A stretch of 64,000 nucleotides of DNA from an uncultured Actinomycetes bacterium (GCA_963709345.1 CAVPVX010000003.1:32001-96000), one strand, 5' to 3'. Positions 30,505-41,718 are shown, numbered from the stretch's first letter. Numbers and translations are program-made. The notes: generated by a model not told the origin, from the letters alone.

Positions 30505-32127
30505 TCAGCCGGCCGCATCTCGCTCCGCCGGCGGGAGGCGAAGGGTGATGTGCCGGCGCCAGTGTTCGTCGTCCGCGTTCGGGTAGTCGTCGCGGAGTTG
30601 CACGCCGCGCGACTCCTCGCGCAGCAGAGCGCACTTGGCGATCTGCGTGCCCAGCGTGAGCATGTTGAGGACCTCGTACTCGGCCTCCCCCATCGGTCCG
30701 AACCGAAGCCCCGAGGTGAGGTCGTTCAGTTCGCCGAGCGCCGCGGTCAGGTCGTCGGCGCGGCGCAGCACGCCCACCTTGTGGCGCATGACGTCGGTCA
30801 GGCGGCGGCGCGCGGCCGCCGCGTCTCTGTCGTCACCTGCCGACGCCGCCTCCGGCAGGTCGAAGCGGAGGCGACGGACATCCTCGCCGAGCCTCCCGAT
30901 GTAGCGGTCGAGATCGCGCACCACGCGGTCGGAGAAGACGAGCCCCTCGAGCAGTGAATTGCTGGCGAGCCGGTTGGCGCCGTGGACGCCGGTGCTCGCC
31001 ACTTCACCGCTCGCGTAGAGGCCGGGGACCGTGGTGCGTCCCCACTGATCCGTGACGACACCACCGATGAAGTAGTGGCAGACTGGAGCCACCGGCACGA
31101 GCTGCGTCGCGAGATCGAGGCCGTGATCGGCAAGACCGGCGCTCACGACGGGGAACCGCTCCCGCAGCCAGGCGGCATCGAGGTGCGTCGCGTCGAGGTA
31201 GACGTGCTCTGAACGCTCGACCCGCATCTCGGCGACCATGGCGCGGACGACGACGTCCCTCGACGCCAGCTCCGCGCGCGGGTCGTACGCAGCCATGAAG
31301 CGCTCGCCGGCGGCATTGCGCAGGTAGGCTCCTTCGCCGCGCAACGCCTCGGTGATGAGCTGCACGGTCTCCTGCCCGGGGATCGCAAGGCCGGTCGGAT
31401 GGAACTGCACGAACTCGAGATCGCGGATGGCGGCGCCGGCGCGATACGCCATGGCGATGCCGTCGCCGGTCGCGACCCGGGGATTGGTGGTCCGCCCGTA
31501 CACCTGCCCGGCGCCGCCGGTCGCGAGAATGGTGACCATGGCGACGTTGAGGGTGAGGCCGCCGTCCGCCAGATTGAGCGTGAGCGCACCCACGCAGCGG
31601 CCGCCGACGGTGAGCAGGTCGATGACGAACTCATCCTCGTAGAGCTGCACGCGGCTGCCGACGCGGGCCGCTTCGGCCAGGGCGCTCGAGACTTCGCTGC
31701 CGGTCGCGTCGCCGCCGGCATGCACGACTCGCGGCACCGAGTGAGCTCCCTCACGGCCGAGGACGATCTGCCCGTCGACCTTGTCGAAGCGCGGGCAGAT
31801 CTCCATGAGCTCCCGCACCCGGTCGGGTCCCTCGTTCACGAGTACGCGGACGGTCTCTTCGTCACACAGGCCGGCCCCGGCCTTGACGGTGTCCTCGAAG
31901 TGGAGCTCGGGAGAGTCGCTCGGCCCGAGGGCCGCGGCGATGCCTCCCTGCGCAAGGAAGGTGGTCGTGTCGTCGAACGTCGACTTGGTGAGCAGGCCGA
32001 CCCGCCAGCGGCGCGCGGCGCCGATGGCGGCCGTGAGGCCGGCGATGCCACCACCCAGCACGAGCACGTCGAACGTGCGCCGGTGCAGCGCCTCTTCGGA
32101 GCGTGAGGCGACGTACGGACGCGTCAT
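30505..32127 (-). CDS. nadB: L-aspartate oxidase
   Basis: GGGIAGL, AQGGIAA, EGAHS, QFHPT, TEALRGEG, HYFIGG and GVHGANRLASNSLLEG; adjacent to nadC. Confidence 0.95.
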   Translation of the reverse strand: MTRPYVASRSEEALHRRTFDVLVLGGGIAGLTAAIGAARRWRVGLLTKSTFDDTTTFLAQGGIAAALGPSDSPELHFEDTVKAGAGLCDEETVRVLVNEGPDRVRELMEICPRFDKVDGQIVLGREGAHSVPRVVHAGGDATGSEVSSALAEAARVGSRVQLYEDEFVIDLLTVGGRCVGALTLNLADGGLTLNVAMVTILATGGAGQVYGRTTNPRVATGDGIAMAYRAGAAIRDLEFVQFHPTGLAIPGQETVQLITEALRGEGAYLRNAAGERFMAAYDPRAELASRDVVVRAMVAEMRVERSEHVYLDATHLDAAWLRERFPVVSAGLADHGLDLATQLVPVAPVCHYFIGGVVTDQWGRTTVPGLYASGEVASTGVHGANRLASNSLLEGLVFSDRVVRDLDRYIGRLGEDVRRLRFDLPEAASAGDDRDAAAARRRLTDVMRHKVGVLRRADDLTAALGELNDLTSGLRFGPMGEAEYEVLNMLTLGTQIAKCALLREESRGVQLRDDYPNADDEHWRRHITLRLPPAERDAAG

Positions 32128-32167
32128 GAGGCTCCCGTCGGCGCGAGTTCGTCGCTGGTCAACCGGC

Positions 32168-32677
32168 TCACCCTTCCATGACGTCGAAAAGCATCACCTG
32201 CTGGCTGCGAGTGGTGGTTCGGGCCAGCCCCGCCACGTCGAGCTCGGGCATGCCCTTCGCGTGTCCCCACACCTCGAGCAACGGCACAAGCACGAATGCG
32301 CGCTTGACCATGCGCGGGTGCGGGAGCGTGAGCTCAGGATCCTCGGACTCGACGTCCTGGAAGAGCAGTATATCGATATCGAGCGTGCGCGGCCCAAAGC
32401 GGATCTCGTGCGTCCTGCCGTGTTCGTGCTCTATGCGCTGGCACTCGACGAGAAGGTCGTGCGGCTCGAGGCCGGTGTCAAGGCACACCACCTGGTTGAG
32501 GAAGGCGTCCTGATCGAGGTGCCCTTGCGGCGCCGTCTTGTAGACCCGGGACACGGCGACGATCCGGGTCGCGGGGAGCGCCGCAAGCGCTTCGCCGGCG
32601 GCGGCCAGGTACGCGCTGCAGTCGCCGACGTTCGAGCCGAGCGAGAGGAACACGCGTCTTCCGCTCGCTCCGCTCAC
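32168..32677 (-). CDS. folK: 2-amino-4-hydroxy-6-hydroxymethyldihydropteridine diphosphokinase
   Basis: LSLGSNVG, FLNQV, GPRTLDIDIL and LPHPRM..RAFVLVPL. Confidence 0.96.
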   Translation of the reverse strand: MSGASGRRVFLSLGSNVGDCSAYLAAAGEALAALPATRIVAVSRVYKTAPQGHLDQDAFLNQVVCLDTGLEPHDLLVECQRIEHEHGRTHEIRFGPRTLDIDILLFQDVESEDPELTLPHPRMVKRAFVLVPLLEVWGHAKGMPELDVAGLARTTTRSQQVMLFDVMEG

Positions 32678-33039
32678 GAGGTGCGCACCACTTCCACGCG
32701 GGCGGCCGCGACGGGGATCGCCACCGGCGGAGACGGCTTCGTCACCGCGACCTCCAGGAGCTCCGGCTCGAACTCGTCCCAGATCGCGTCGGTGATGACG
32801 GTGGCGAGCCGCTCCAGCAGGCGGAACTCGCCCCCTTCGACGAGAGTGCGCACGATGGTGACGATACGCCCGTAGTCGACGGTGTCGGCGAGATCGTCGC
32901 TGAGGGCCGCGCCTCTCGCGGCCGGCTCGAGACGCACGTCGACGACGAGCGTCTGGCCCACGGCGCGTTCCTCCGGCGTGACGCCGCAGCGCCCGCGCAA
33001 CTCGATCCCCTCGACGGTGATGGACAGGCTCCGGGTCAT
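32674..33039 (-). CDS. folB: Dihydroneopterin aldolase
   Basis: GV..EER..GQ, DDL.DTVDY, LLERLA and KP; position in fol operon. Confidence 0.93.
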   Translation of the reverse strand: MTRSLSITVEGIELRGRCGVTPEERAVGQTLVVDVRLEPAARGAALSDDLADTVDYGRIVTIVRTLVEGGEFRLLERLATVITDAIWDEFEPELLEVAVTKPSPPVAIPVAAARVEVVRTS

Positions 33040-33084
33040 GGTGTGGCCTCCCTGAAAGGCGCCGGCCCTACCGCCGGCGAACGC

Positions 33085-33927
33085 TCACGAGGTCGCGACG
33101 CCCTCGCGGACCGCCAGCGCGACGCGCATGGCCTCGAAGTTGGGTTTGACGTCGTGAACGCGGAAGATGTGGGCGCCTGACAGGAGGCCGATCACGGTGG
33201 TCGCCACGGTGCCGGTGACGCGCTCGCCCGGCTCGGCTCCGAGGATCGCCCCGAGGAACCGCTTGCGCGAGGCCCCGAGCACCACGGGGCGACCGAGCGC
33301 CGCGAAGCGGCCGAGCCCGGCCAGCAGCGCCAGATTGTGGGCCACCGTCTTGCCGAATCCGATGCCCGGGTCCAGCAGCAGTTGGTCCTCGCGCACGCCG
33401 CGGGCCAGAGCGAACGCCATGCGCCCCTCGAGGAAGCCCATCACTTCGTCGACGACGTCGTCGTAGCACGGATCGTCCTGCATCGTCTTGGGCTGTCCCT
33501 TCATGTGCATGAGGCAGACGGGACACCCCACCTCGGCAACGACCTCGACCATGCCCTCGTCGTAGCGCAGCGCGCTGACGTCGTTGATGATCGTGGCGCC
33601 GGCTTCCAGCGCCTGCCGGGCGACCCCGGCCTTCATCGTGTCGACGGAGATCGGCACGCCGACACTGCCGGCGAGCGCCTCGATCACCGGGAGGATGCGG
33701 GCGAGCTCCCGGTGGGCCGGCACCGGGTCGGAGCCCGGCCGCGTCGACTCGCCGCCGATGTCGACGATGGCCGCGCCCTCGCGCACGAGCGTGAGAGCCT
33801 GGCTCAATGCGTCGTCGGCGGCCAGGAAGCGGCCGCCGTCGGAGAACGAGTCGGGCGTGACGTTCACCACGCCCATGATGCACGGGAGCGAGAGATCCAG
33901 CGAGAACGTGGGCGCAGCCGACGTCAC
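33085..33927 (-). CDS. folP: Dihydropteroate synthase
   Basis: MGVVNVTPDSFSDGG, GGESTRPG, DPGIGFGK, SRKRF and RVHDV. Confidence 0.96.
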   Translation of the reverse strand: MTSAAPTFSLDLSLPCIMGVVNVTPDSFSDGGRFLAADDALSQALTLVREGAAIVDIGGESTRPGSDPVPAHRELARILPVIEALAGSVGVPISVDTMKAGVARQALEAGATIINDVSALRYDEGMVEVVAEVGCPVCLMHMKGQPKTMQDDPCYDDVVDEVMGFLEGRMAFALARGVREDQLLLDPGIGFGKTVAHNLALLAGLGRFAALGRPVVLGASRKRFLGAILGAEPGERVTGTVATTVIGLLSGAHIFRVHDVKPNFEAMRVALAVREGVATS

Positions 33928-33936
33928 GGCGCTGGT

Positions 33937-34506
33937 TCAGTGTGGCGCGTTGATGAGGGCGAACACCTCGGCGCGCGTCGCCTCGTTGCTCTGGATCAGG
34001 CCGCGCACCGCGCTGGTCACCGTCTTGGCGCCCGGCGTACGCACCCCGCGCATGCTCATGCACATATGCTCGGCCTCGATGAGCACCAGCGAGCCGAGAG
34101 GCTCCAGGGCCTTCTGGATCGCGTCCGCCACCTCGCTCGTGATGCGCTCCTGCAACTGCGGCCTGGCCGCCACCTGGCGCACGACGCGAGCGAGCTTGCT
34201 GAGGCCGGCGATGTGCCCGTGCTCGCTCGGGATGTAGGCGACGTGTGCGCGCCCGTGGAACGGCAGGAGGTGATGCTCGCAGATGGAGTAGAAGTCGATG
34301 TCCTTGATGAGCACCATCTCACGATGATGGTCGCCCGGTATCGTGGTCAGAAGCTCCGCCGGATCGGGGGCTCCGATGCCGAAGAAGATGTCCTCGTACA
34401 TGTCGGCCACCCGGCGCGGCGTCTCCCGGATGCCGGCTCGCTCCGCGTCCTCGCCGATTCCCTCGAGGATCAGCCGCACCCCTGTGGTGATCTTGTCGCG
34501 ATCCAT
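33937..34506 (-). CDS. folE: GTP cyclohydrolase I
   Basis: TPRRVA, CEHHLLPF, GLSKLAR, QLQERIT and HMCMSMRG. Confidence 0.96.
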   Translation of the reverse strand: MDRDKITTGVRLILEGIGEDAERAGIRETPRRVADMYEDIFFGIGAPDPAELLTTIPGDHHREMVLIKDIDFYSICEHHLLPFHGRAHVAYIPSEHGHIAGLSKLARVVRQVAARPQLQERITSEVADAIQKALEPLGSLVLIEAEHMCMSMRGVRTPGAKTVTSAVRGLIQSNEATRAEVFALINAPH

Positions 34507-34524
34507 GCCGTCGCCCTCCCGCAC

Positions 34525-36717
34525 TCAGGTCGTTTCGGGGTTGACGGGGTTCACGTGCGCCGGCTTGGGCACCGGCGGCTGCTTGGCGCGCTCCCGCTTC
34601 TCCGTCTCGGGCGGCTTCGCTCGACGGCGCGCCTCCTTCTCGTCGCGCTCGCGGAACACCTCGTCCTCGTGCACGCCGTCGACCAGCGCCTGGAACTCCG
34701 ACGCCTCGATCGTCTCCCTCACGATCAGGATGCCGCTGATGCGGTCGAGCATGTCGCGCTTCTCGACCAGCAGGTCCTTGGCGCGCTGGTGGGCCTCTTC
34801 GATGATGCGCCGGATCTCGTCGTCGATCTGCTTGGCGATCTCCTCCGAGTAGTCGGCCTGCTGCTGGAACTCGCGGCCGAGGAACGGCATCGACTGGTCG
34901 TGCCCGAGCGTGCGAGGTCCCAGCTCCTCGCTCATGCCGTAGCGCATGATCATCTGCTTGGCGGTGGCCGTCGCCTTCTCGAGATCGTTGGCGGCGCCGG
35001 TCGTGATCTCGCTGAAGACGACCTCTTCCGCGGCGCGACCGCCGAGCGTCATGGACAGCGTGTCCATGAGCTCCTGCTTCGTGGTCAGGAACTTGTCCTC
35101 GATGGGCAGGGAGATGGTGAAGCCGAGAGCCTGCCCGCGGCTCACGACGGAGATCTTGTGCACCGGGTCGGTATACTCGAGGAAGTGGCCGACCAGGGCG
35201 TGACCCATCTCGTGGTAGGCGGTGATCGCCTTCTCCTTCTCGCTGATGATGCGGGTCTTCTTCTCGGGGCCGGCAAGCACGCGCATGATGCCCTCTTCGA
35301 GCTCGGCCATGCCGATGAGCTTGCTGCCGTGACGCGCGGCGAGGAGGGCCGCCTCGTTGACGAGGTTGGCCAGATCGGCGCCGGTGAAGCCCGGCGTCTG
35401 CGCCGCGAGGGCGTCGAGGTCGATGTCTTTGTCGAGCGGCTTGCCCTTGGAGTGGACCTCGAGGATCATCTTGCGCCCCGGCCGGTCTGGCCTGTCGACG
35501 ACGATCTGGCGGTCGAAGCGGCCCGGACGCAGCAGAGCCGGGTCGAGGATGTCGGGTCGGTTGGTGGCGGCGATGAGGATGATGTTGTCCTTCATCTCGA
35601 AGCCGTCCATCTCGACGAGCAGCTGGTTGAGCGTCTGCTCGCGTTCGTCGTGGCCGCCGCCCATGCCGGCGCCCCGGTGGCGGCCGACGGCGTCGATCTC
35701 GTCAACGAAGATGATGCACGGTGAGTTCTGCTTCGCCTGCTCGAACAGGTCGCGCACGCGCGAGGCCCCGACGCCGACGAACATCTCGACGAAGTCCGAG
35801 CCGCTGATGCTGAAGAACGGGACGCCCGCCTCGCCGGCGACGGCACGCGCGAGCAGCGTCTTGCCGGTGCCGGGCGGGCCGTACAGCAGCACGCCCTTGG
35901 GGATGCGGGCGCCGAGCTGCTGGAACTTCTTCGGGTTCTCGAGGAACTCCTTGATCTCGTGCAGTTCCTCGACCGCCTCCTCGGCGCCGGCCACGTCCTT
36001 GAAGGTGACCTTCGGGGAGTCGGCGCTCACGCGCTTGGCCTTGCTCTTGCCGAAACTCATGACCTTGGAACCGCCACCCTGCATCCGGTTCATGATGAAG
36101 AACCAGAAGCCGACGATCAGCAGGATCGGCAGGATGAACGTGATGGCGCTCGTCCACCAGGGAGACTTGGGGTTCTTGGCCTCGACGGCCACGTTGTAGG
36201 CCGTGAGCAACTGGCTGGTCGACGCGGGGTCGGTGTACGTGACCTCGTACACCGTGGGCTTCTCCTTCTCGGTGCCGTCGTTCAGGGTGACCTGCAGGAG
36301 CTGGTCCTTGACGTTCATGACCACCGAATCGACACGCCCGTTGATGAGGTCGTTGGTGAAGCTCTTCGTGTCCTTGGACGGCTTTTCGACGGTACCTTCG
36401 GCGACGAGGACGTCGGGGTGCTCGGCCGCCACCGTCTCGGCAAGAGCGGCCGCGCCGTCTATCTCGGTCACGTACTGCAACCCGTCGACGTCTGTGACGT
36501 CCGCAAGCCCGCTCTGCGGGTCGATGATGATCCTCCGGACCATGCCCGTCTTGAACTGGTCGTCGAGAACGGCCTGCGTCGCCATGCCCGGCGCGGAGTA
36601 GACAGGCTTCGCGATCTCGTTGTCCTTGTCGTTGCCGGAGATGACCCATTCGATGAACAGCGCCACGACGATGACGATGAGGATGGGGAACAGCGCGCTG
36701 CGGATGAATCTACTCAC
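34525..36717 (-). CDS. ftsH: ATP-dependent zinc metalloprotease FtsH
   Basis: Two TM helices, [19 protein letters not shown] and HEMGH. Confidence 0.97.
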   Translation of the reverse strand: MSRFIRSALFPILIVIVVALFIEWVISGNDKDNEIAKPVYSAPGMATQAVLDDQFKTGMVRRIIIDPQSGLADVTDVDGLQYVTEIDGAAALAETVAAEHPDVLVAEGTVEKPSKDTKSFTNDLINGRVDSVVMNVKDQLLQVTLNDGTEKEKPTVYEVTYTDPASTSQLLTAYNVAVEAKNPKSPWWTSAITFILPILLIVGFWFFIMNRMQGGGSKVMSFGKSKAKRVSADSPKVTFKDVAGAEEAVEELHEIKEFLENPKKFQQLGARIPKGVLLYGPPGTGKTLLARAVAGEAGVPFFSISGSDFVEMFVGVGASRVRDLFEQAKQNSPCIIFVDEIDAVGRHRGAGMGGGHDEREQTLNQLLVEMDGFEMKDNIILIAATNRPDILDPALLRPGRFDRQIVVDRPDRPGRKMILEVHSKGKPLDKDIDLDALAAQTPGFTGADLANLVNEAALLAARHGSKLIGMAELEEGIMRVLAGPEKKTRIISEKEKAITAYHEMGHALVGHFLEYTDPVHKISVVSRGQALGFTISLPIEDKFLTTKQELMDTLSMTLGGRAAEEVVFSEITTGAANDLEKATATAKQMIMRYGMSEELGPRTLGHDQSMPFLGREFQQQADYSEEIAKQIDDEIRRIIEEAHQRAKDLLVEKRDMLDRISGILIVRETIEASEFQALVDGVHEDEVFRERDEKEARRRAKPPETEKRERAKQPPVPKPAHVNPVNPETT

Positions 36718-36813
36718 AGTGACCCTTCATGAAGGAGGTAGGCCCGAAGACCGGCATAATGGCTCTTTCTGCCTGCAAATCACAGGTTCGACGAGGGTAG
36801 CATACCCTTCCGG

Positions 36814-37380
36814 CTACAGCAAAGAACCCGAAGTGTCGACGATGTCGGCGGCCGCCTCGGGTGTGAGCACGCCGATGAAGTCGAGGGTGCGGAAGTGGTC
36901 GGCAAGGTCGAGGCCATACCCGACGACGAACTTGTCGGGGATCTCGAAGCCGACATACCGGCAGGGGGTCTCCACACGACGGCGCGACGGCTTGGTGAGC
37001 AGCGCGCAGATCTCGAGCGAGGCCGGCTTGCGGCTGCGCAGGTTCTTGAGCAGGTAGCTCAGCGTGAGGCCCGAGTCGATGATGTCCTCGATGATGAGGA
37101 CGTCGCGGCCGGCTATCTCCAGGTCGAGGTCCTTGAGGATGCGCACGACGCCGGACGAATCCGTCGACGACCCGTAGCTCGAGACGGCCATGAAGTCGAG
37201 GGCGACCGGCAGGTCGATGCGGCGCGCAAGGTCGGCCATGAAGAAGACGGCGCCTTTGAGCACGCCGACGAGGAGCAGTTCTCTGCCGGCGTAGTCGCGC
37301 GTGATCTGGACGGCAAGCTCGTCGACGCGAGCCGCGAGGGCGTCACGGTCGACGAGCACTTCGGCGATGGGAGCGTTCAC
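36814..37380 (-). CDS. hpt: Hypoxanthine phosphoribosyltransferase
   Basis: VLKGA, SSYG, IIEDIIDSGLTL and FVVGYGLD. Confidence 0.96.
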   Translation of the reverse strand: MNAPIAEVLVDRDALAARVDELAVQITRDYAGRELLLVGVLKGAVFFMADLARRIDLPVALDFMAVSSYGSSTDSSGVVRILKDLDLEIAGRDVLIIEDIIDSGLTLSYLLKNLRSRKPASLEICALLTKPSRRRVETPCRYVGFEIPDKFVVGYGLDLADHFRTLDFIGVLTPEAAADIVDTSGSLL

Positions 37381-38876
37381 GTACCCTCCTGGGAGACGTG
37401 CAGGATCCTGCTATTACTCTGGGCCACCCGGAAGCTCTGCGCAACCCTGGCCGGCGCGGATCCGGCGCCGGTGGCGTGCCCGACCCACGCCACGCGCCCG
37501 TCGACGGCGACGACGGTCGCGAACGGCCGCGCGGGCGCGGGAACGCGCGCGGCGGCGAGATAGCGGGCCACGGTCGTCTCGCCGTCCAGCCCGAGCGGCG
37601 CGAAGCGATCACCCCGCGCCGGATGGCGCAGCATCACCTCGCCAGGCGGCGATTCGAGACCGATGAAGGCCTGCCCGGACGCCGCCGCAGCACGATCGAA
37701 GGCGGCCACGGGCAGCAGGCGCGCGCGCAGGACGCGGCCGCAGAAGCCGAGGGCGACGCCCTCGTCGGCGGCAGCCGCCAGAGCCGCGCCGCTCACCGCG
37801 ACCGGTGTGCAGCGGTGCGGCGGCCGGACCGTCCGGATCTCCAGCCGGCCGCCGCCGCGAACCGCCTCGAGCCCTCGTCCGAGGTCGAGCCGGCCGGCGT
37901 CATCGGTGCGCGCCGCGAGGCGGAGCACCGCCTCGACGAGGCGTCGTTCGACGAGCGCCGAGCCGCCCATCGCCTCCCGCAGGATCTCGTGCGCCAGCAG
38001 CGCCCTCACGGCTGGAGGCTCGTCGGCGAGCGCGGCCACGGCGATGAGCGTGCCCACCGGCCCGGCCGGAGCAGCGGCCGCGTCGGCGCGCCCGGCCGAG
38101 GGTGCGATCACGGCACCGGGTGTGAGCACGACCCGGGCGCGCGCTGCGGCGGTGGCTGCGGCGAGCACGTCCGCCTCCGCCGCCGCCTGCAGCGACGATG
38201 CGCTCAGCGTCTCGGCGAGGCGCGGGTTGAGCTCCGCCAGCAGCGGCAGCACGTCGTGCCGCAACCGGTTCCTCGCGTAGACGGCCTCCGCGTTGGTCGC
38301 GTCGTCGCCGTAGTCGACGGCGCCGGCGCGGCAGTACTCCCGGATCTCGGCGGCGCCGAGGCAGAGCAGCGGGCGCGCCAGATCGCCGTCGCGCGGGCGC
38401 ATGCCGATCAGCCCGCGCGGCGACGCGTACTTGACCAGCCGGTAGAGGATCGTCTCGGCCTGATCGTCCCGGTTGTGCGCCGTGACGATCGCGTCGAGGC
38501 CGTGCTCCGCAGCCAGTTCCCGCGCGCGGCCGTAGCGCGCGTCGCGCGCACGGGCCTGGAAGTCGCCGCCGGACGGCCGCCGCAGGCGCAGCACGTACAG
38601 CGGCATCCCGGCGGCCGCGCAGGCGCGCTCCACGATCGCCTGGTCGCGGTCGGAGTCGGCCCCGCGAGTCCCGTAGTGCACGTGCAGCGCGGTCGCCTCC
38701 AGCCCCAGACCCAGGCGCCGGTCGACCCGCGGCAGCATCGCGAGCAGCGCCATGGAGTCGGCGCCGCCAGAGAGCATGAGGAGCACGCGCTCATTCGCAC
38801 GCAGCACTCGATGCTCAACGACATGGGCCGCGACACGGCGCTCGAGGCGCAGGTTGTCCGGGCCTAAGCGTCCCAC
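37377..38876 (-). CDS. tilS: tRNA(Ile)-lysidine synthase
   Basis: SGGADS PP-loop, AR.ARY, AHNRDDQAET, RPLL, D.TN and RNRLR; tilS-hpt-ftsH synteny; start uncertain (ORF extends to 38927). Confidence 0.93.
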   Translation of the reverse strand: MGRLGPDNLRLERRVAAHVVEHRVLRANERVLLMLSGGADSMALLAMLPRVDRRLGLGLEATALHVHYGTRGADSDRDQAIVERACAAAGMPLYVLRLRRPSGGDFQARARDARYGRARELAAEHGLDAIVTAHNRDDQAETILYRLVKYASPRGLIGMRPRDGDLARPLLCLGAAEIREYCRAGAVDYGDDATNAEAVYARNRLRHDVLPLLAELNPRLAETLSASSLQAAAEADVLAAATAAARARVVLTPGAVIAPSAGRADAAAAPAGPVGTLIAVAALADEPPAVRALLAHEILREAMGGSALVERRLVEAVLRLAARTDDAGRLDLGRGLEAVRGGGRLEIRTVRPPHRCTPVAVSGAALAAAADEGVALGFCGRVLRARLLPVAAFDRAAAASGQAFIGLESPPGEVMLRHPARGDRFAPLGLDGETTVARYLAAARVPAPARPFATVVAVDGRVAWVGHATGAGSAPARVAQSFRVAQSNSRILHVSQEGT

Positions 38877-39105
38877 GATGCCGTCAGACCGTGGCGGCCG
38901 GGCCACTGCATGCCGTCGCGGCGGCAAGACCGGAGGGGACGGTGTTCACGACGAGCAGCACTGACACGCGACCTCCCGGGCGAACGCCGGCACGACTGGT
39001 CTCAGGGATCACTTCGAGCATAGCAGACGAGCCTCGCCGCGCGGATCGACGTGCCGGCAAGGCGGCGAGAGTCCGGGCGCGGGCGCCGCCGGCGCCGCCC
39101 GCAGG

Positions 39106-39846
39106 TCACTCGGTCGCTTCGCCCGGGCCCTCGACCTTGTCACGCTCGGCCGCGGGGACCTCGAGGAGATACCTGTAGACCAGGCCGCCGATCGCGCCGC
39201 CGACGATCGGGAAGACGATGAAGACCCAGAGCTGGCTGAGCGCCCAGCCACCGACGAACAGAGCCGGGGCGATGCTCCGCGCCGGATTCACGGAGGTGTT
39301 GGTCACCGGGATGCTGACCAAGTGGATCAGCGTGAGCGCGAGGCCGATGGCCAGAGGCGCGAGACCGGCCGGGGCGCGCCTGTCGGTGACGCCGTGGATC
39401 ACGAGAAGGAAGAAGAACGTCATGACGAGTTCGATGACGATGGCCGCTGCCAGGCTGTAGCCGGCCGGCGAGTGCTCGCCGAATCCGTTGGCGGCGAAGC
39501 CGTCGGCAAGCGTGAAGCCCGCCTTCCCGGTGGCGATCACGTAGAGCACCGAGGACGCCGCGATACCGCCCACCACCTGCGCGACAAGGTACACGGGGAT
39601 CTTGCCGGCTGGGAAGCGGCCGCCGATCCAGAGCCCGATGGTCACGGCCGGGTTGAGGTGCCCGCCGGAGATGTGGCCGACGGCATACGCCATCGTGACC
39701 ACCGTGAGGCCGAACGCAAGCGAGACGCCGACGAGGCCGATGCCGCCGGCGCCAAGTGAAGCCGCCAGCACGGCCGCCCCGGTGCCGCCGAACACGAGCC
39801 AGAAGGTGCCGAAGAACTCGGCGACGGCTGCTTTACCTGTACTCAT
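39106..39846 (-). CDS. aqpZ: Aquaporin Z
   Basis: [33 protein letters not shown] and HSPAGYS. Confidence 0.94.
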   Translation of the reverse strand: MSTGKAAVAEFFGTFWLVFGGTGAAVLAASLGAGGIGLVGVSLAFGLTVVTMAYAVGHISGGHLNPAVTIGLWIGGRFPAGKIPVYLVAQVVGGIAASSVLYVIATGKAGFTLADGFAANGFGEHSPAGYSLAAAIVIELVMTFFFLLVIHGVTDRRAPAGLAPLAIGLALTLIHLVSIPVTNTSVNPARSIAPALFVGGWALSQLWVFIVFPIVGGAIGGLVYRYLLEVPAAERDKVEGPGEATE

Positions 39847-39954
39847 TGGGGCCCCCTGCCTGCTGTGGTCTCGGTCGCGGCCGTGCGAAGAGACAGCGTG
39901 GCGATCCTCGCACGGCTTGCGCGAAGTCTCTCATACCGGAGGTGGCGAGGCCAG

Positions 39955-39980
39955 AAAGAAAAGGCGCCCGAACGGGCGCC
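39955..39980 (-). terminator. Intrinsic terminator after tRNA-fMet
   Basis: GGCGCCCG-tt-CGGGCGCC followed by TTTTCTTT on the minus strand. Confidence 0.85.
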
Positions 39981-39990
39981 CAGGAAGGCT

Positions 39991-40067
<77 letters not shown>

Positions 40068-40082
40068 ACGTATGGACTGCAG

Positions 40083-40112
40083 ATTGTACACACTTCGCCC
40101 CGCGATTGTAAA
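40083..40112 (-). promoter_or_regulatory. Promoter of tRNA-fMet (TTTACA-18-TACAAT)
   Basis: Near-consensus hexamers just upstream of the tRNA. Confidence 0.6.
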
Positions 40113-40180
40113 GCCCCGTGCGAGGACTGCGCCCTCGCACGACGTAAAGGGCAGGCGGGATGTTCCGATACAGTTCAGTG

Positions 40181-41287
40181 ATGATGGGGCAACACGAGAA
40201 GACAGGCAGGCGAGGACGTCCGGCCGCCTTGGCGGTCATGGTGGCGTTCGCGCTCACCACGGCGCTGGGCGCGATGGGGGTGGCTCTCCTGCCCGCCGCC
40301 GCGGTCGCCACCCCGGGCGACAGCATCACCGACCTGCAGGCCGAGGCGTCCCGGGTGCGACGCGAGGTGGCGCGGCTCGACCGCCGCGCCGTCGTCGCGA
40401 CGGAGAAGTACAACCTCGCGAGAGCCGAGCTCGACACGCTGAACATCAGGCTCCAGGAGGCTCGCCGCCACTTGGGACGCAGGCAGGCCGAGCTCGACGC
40501 CGCGCAGGCGCAGCGGGGCGAGCGCCTGTCAAGCATGTACAAGAGCGAGAACCCCAGCCTGCTCGACGTCCTCCTCGACCTCGGCGACTTCGGCGAGGTC
40601 GGCACGCAGTTCGGCTACTTCGAGTCCATCAACGAGGCCGACGAAGCCACGGTCACCAGGATCGACGCGATAGAGAGGGCGGTGACCGCACTTGCGGCGC
40701 AGATCGAGCGGGACCGCGCGGACGCCCTTGATGCGGAGATGAAGTTGCGCGACCGGCAGGCCGGCGTCGAGGACGAGCTCGCCCGCCGCGAGTCGCTCCT
40801 CAGCGACCTCGACGCGCGCGTCAAGAAGCTGCTCGCCCAGCAGTCTCGCCTCGACGCCGCCGCTTCACGGCGCCTGGCGCGAGAGGCCGGCGTCGACCTG
40901 GCGACCATCAGCGGCACGCCGGTGCAGATCGCGGTCGTCAAGGAGACCATGAAGTACCTCGGCATCCCGTACGTATGGGGCGGCGCCTCGCCCTCCGGGG
41001 GGTTCGACTGCTCCGGCCTCGTGATGTACGTCTACGCCAAGTTCGGCGTGCGCTTCCTCCACGGCGCCACGCTCCAAGCCAGGGCGGGCGATCCCATACC
41101 GCTCTCGCGGATGCAGCCGGCCGACCTCGTGTTCTTCGGCGACGTCACGTTCTACCAGCACGTCGGCATCTACATCGGCAACGGCCTGTTCATTGAGGCG
41201 CCCCGCACGGGCGAGTTGGTCAAGGTCAGCCGGCTCGCCGACCGAGGGTGCGCGCTCGCCTGCCGCTACCCGATCAGGCTGCCCTGA
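40181..41287 (+). CDS. Secreted coiled-coil NlpC/P60 peptidoglycan endopeptidase (CwlO/RipA-like)
   Basis: Signal peptide, long coiled coil, LGIPYVWGG..FDCSGL and HVGIYIG. Confidence 0.92.
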   Translation: MMGQHEKTGRRGRPAALAVMVAFALTTALGAMGVALLPAAAVATPGDSITDLQAEASRVRREVARLDRRAVVATEKYNLARAELDTLNIRLQEARRHLGRRQAELDAAQAQRGERLSSMYKSENPSLLDVLLDLGDFGEVGTQFGYFESINEADEATVTRIDAIERAVTALAAQIERDRADALDAEMKLRDRQAGVEDELARRESLLSDLDARVKKLLAQQSRLDAAASRRLAREAGVDLATISGTPVQIAVVKETMKYLGIPYVWGGASPSGGFDCSGLVMYVYAKFGVRFLHGATLQARAGDPIPLSRMQPADLVFFGDVTFYQHVGIYIGNGLFIEAPRTGELVKVSRLADRGCALACRYPIRLP

Positions 41288-41352
41288 GCGGCTCCCGGCC
41301 GCGTCCGGCGCCCCCACTGTCGCGGCTCCCCTCGGCGAGATAGACTGGACGC

Positions 41353-41676
41353 ATGGACTGGATCGTGCTCCTCATCATCGGTTTGGCCAGCCTCGCGCTC
41401 ATCATCGCCGGGTTCGCGTACGTCGGCCTCAAGGCGTGGCGCCTGCTGAAACGCGGCATGAGCATCTCGCGGGGCGTCGCGCCGCTGGCCGACGGCCTCA
41501 GCCGCCAGGCCGCGGTCCTCTCGGCCAACGCCGACCGGCTGTCCGCGAACGCCGAGCAGCTCACCGCGAACCTCGGGCGGCTCCAGGCATCGGTCGCCCG
41601 GCTGCAGGTGGTCGCCGACGCCCTCTCGGACGCTGCATCACCGTACCGGCGCGTCCGCAAGTACCTGGGCAGGTAG
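41353..41676 (+). CDS. Hypothetical membrane protein (N-terminal TM plus coiled coil, DUF948-like)
   Basis: Hydrophobic N-terminal helix, amphipathic coiled coil; TAGACT -10 six nt before the ATG. Confidence 0.7.
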   Translation: MDWIVLLIIGLASLALIIAGFAYVGLKAWRLLKRGMSISRGVAPLADGLSRQAAVLSANADRLSANAEQLTANLGRLQASVARLQVVADALSDAASPYRRVRKYLGR

Positions 41677-41718
41677 AGCAAGAGCGGAGGCGCTGCGCCC
41701 CCGCCCCCTCACGCACGG

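Noticed and set aside
29647-32127. Absence of nadA beside nadB-nadC as a sign of a new NAD pathway
   Set aside because: nadA is often encoded elsewhere; one window cannot show it is missing.
40110-40180. c-di-AMP (ydaO) riboswitch upstream of NlpC/P60
   Set aside because: There is too little space, no ydaO consensus, and the gene looks leaderless.
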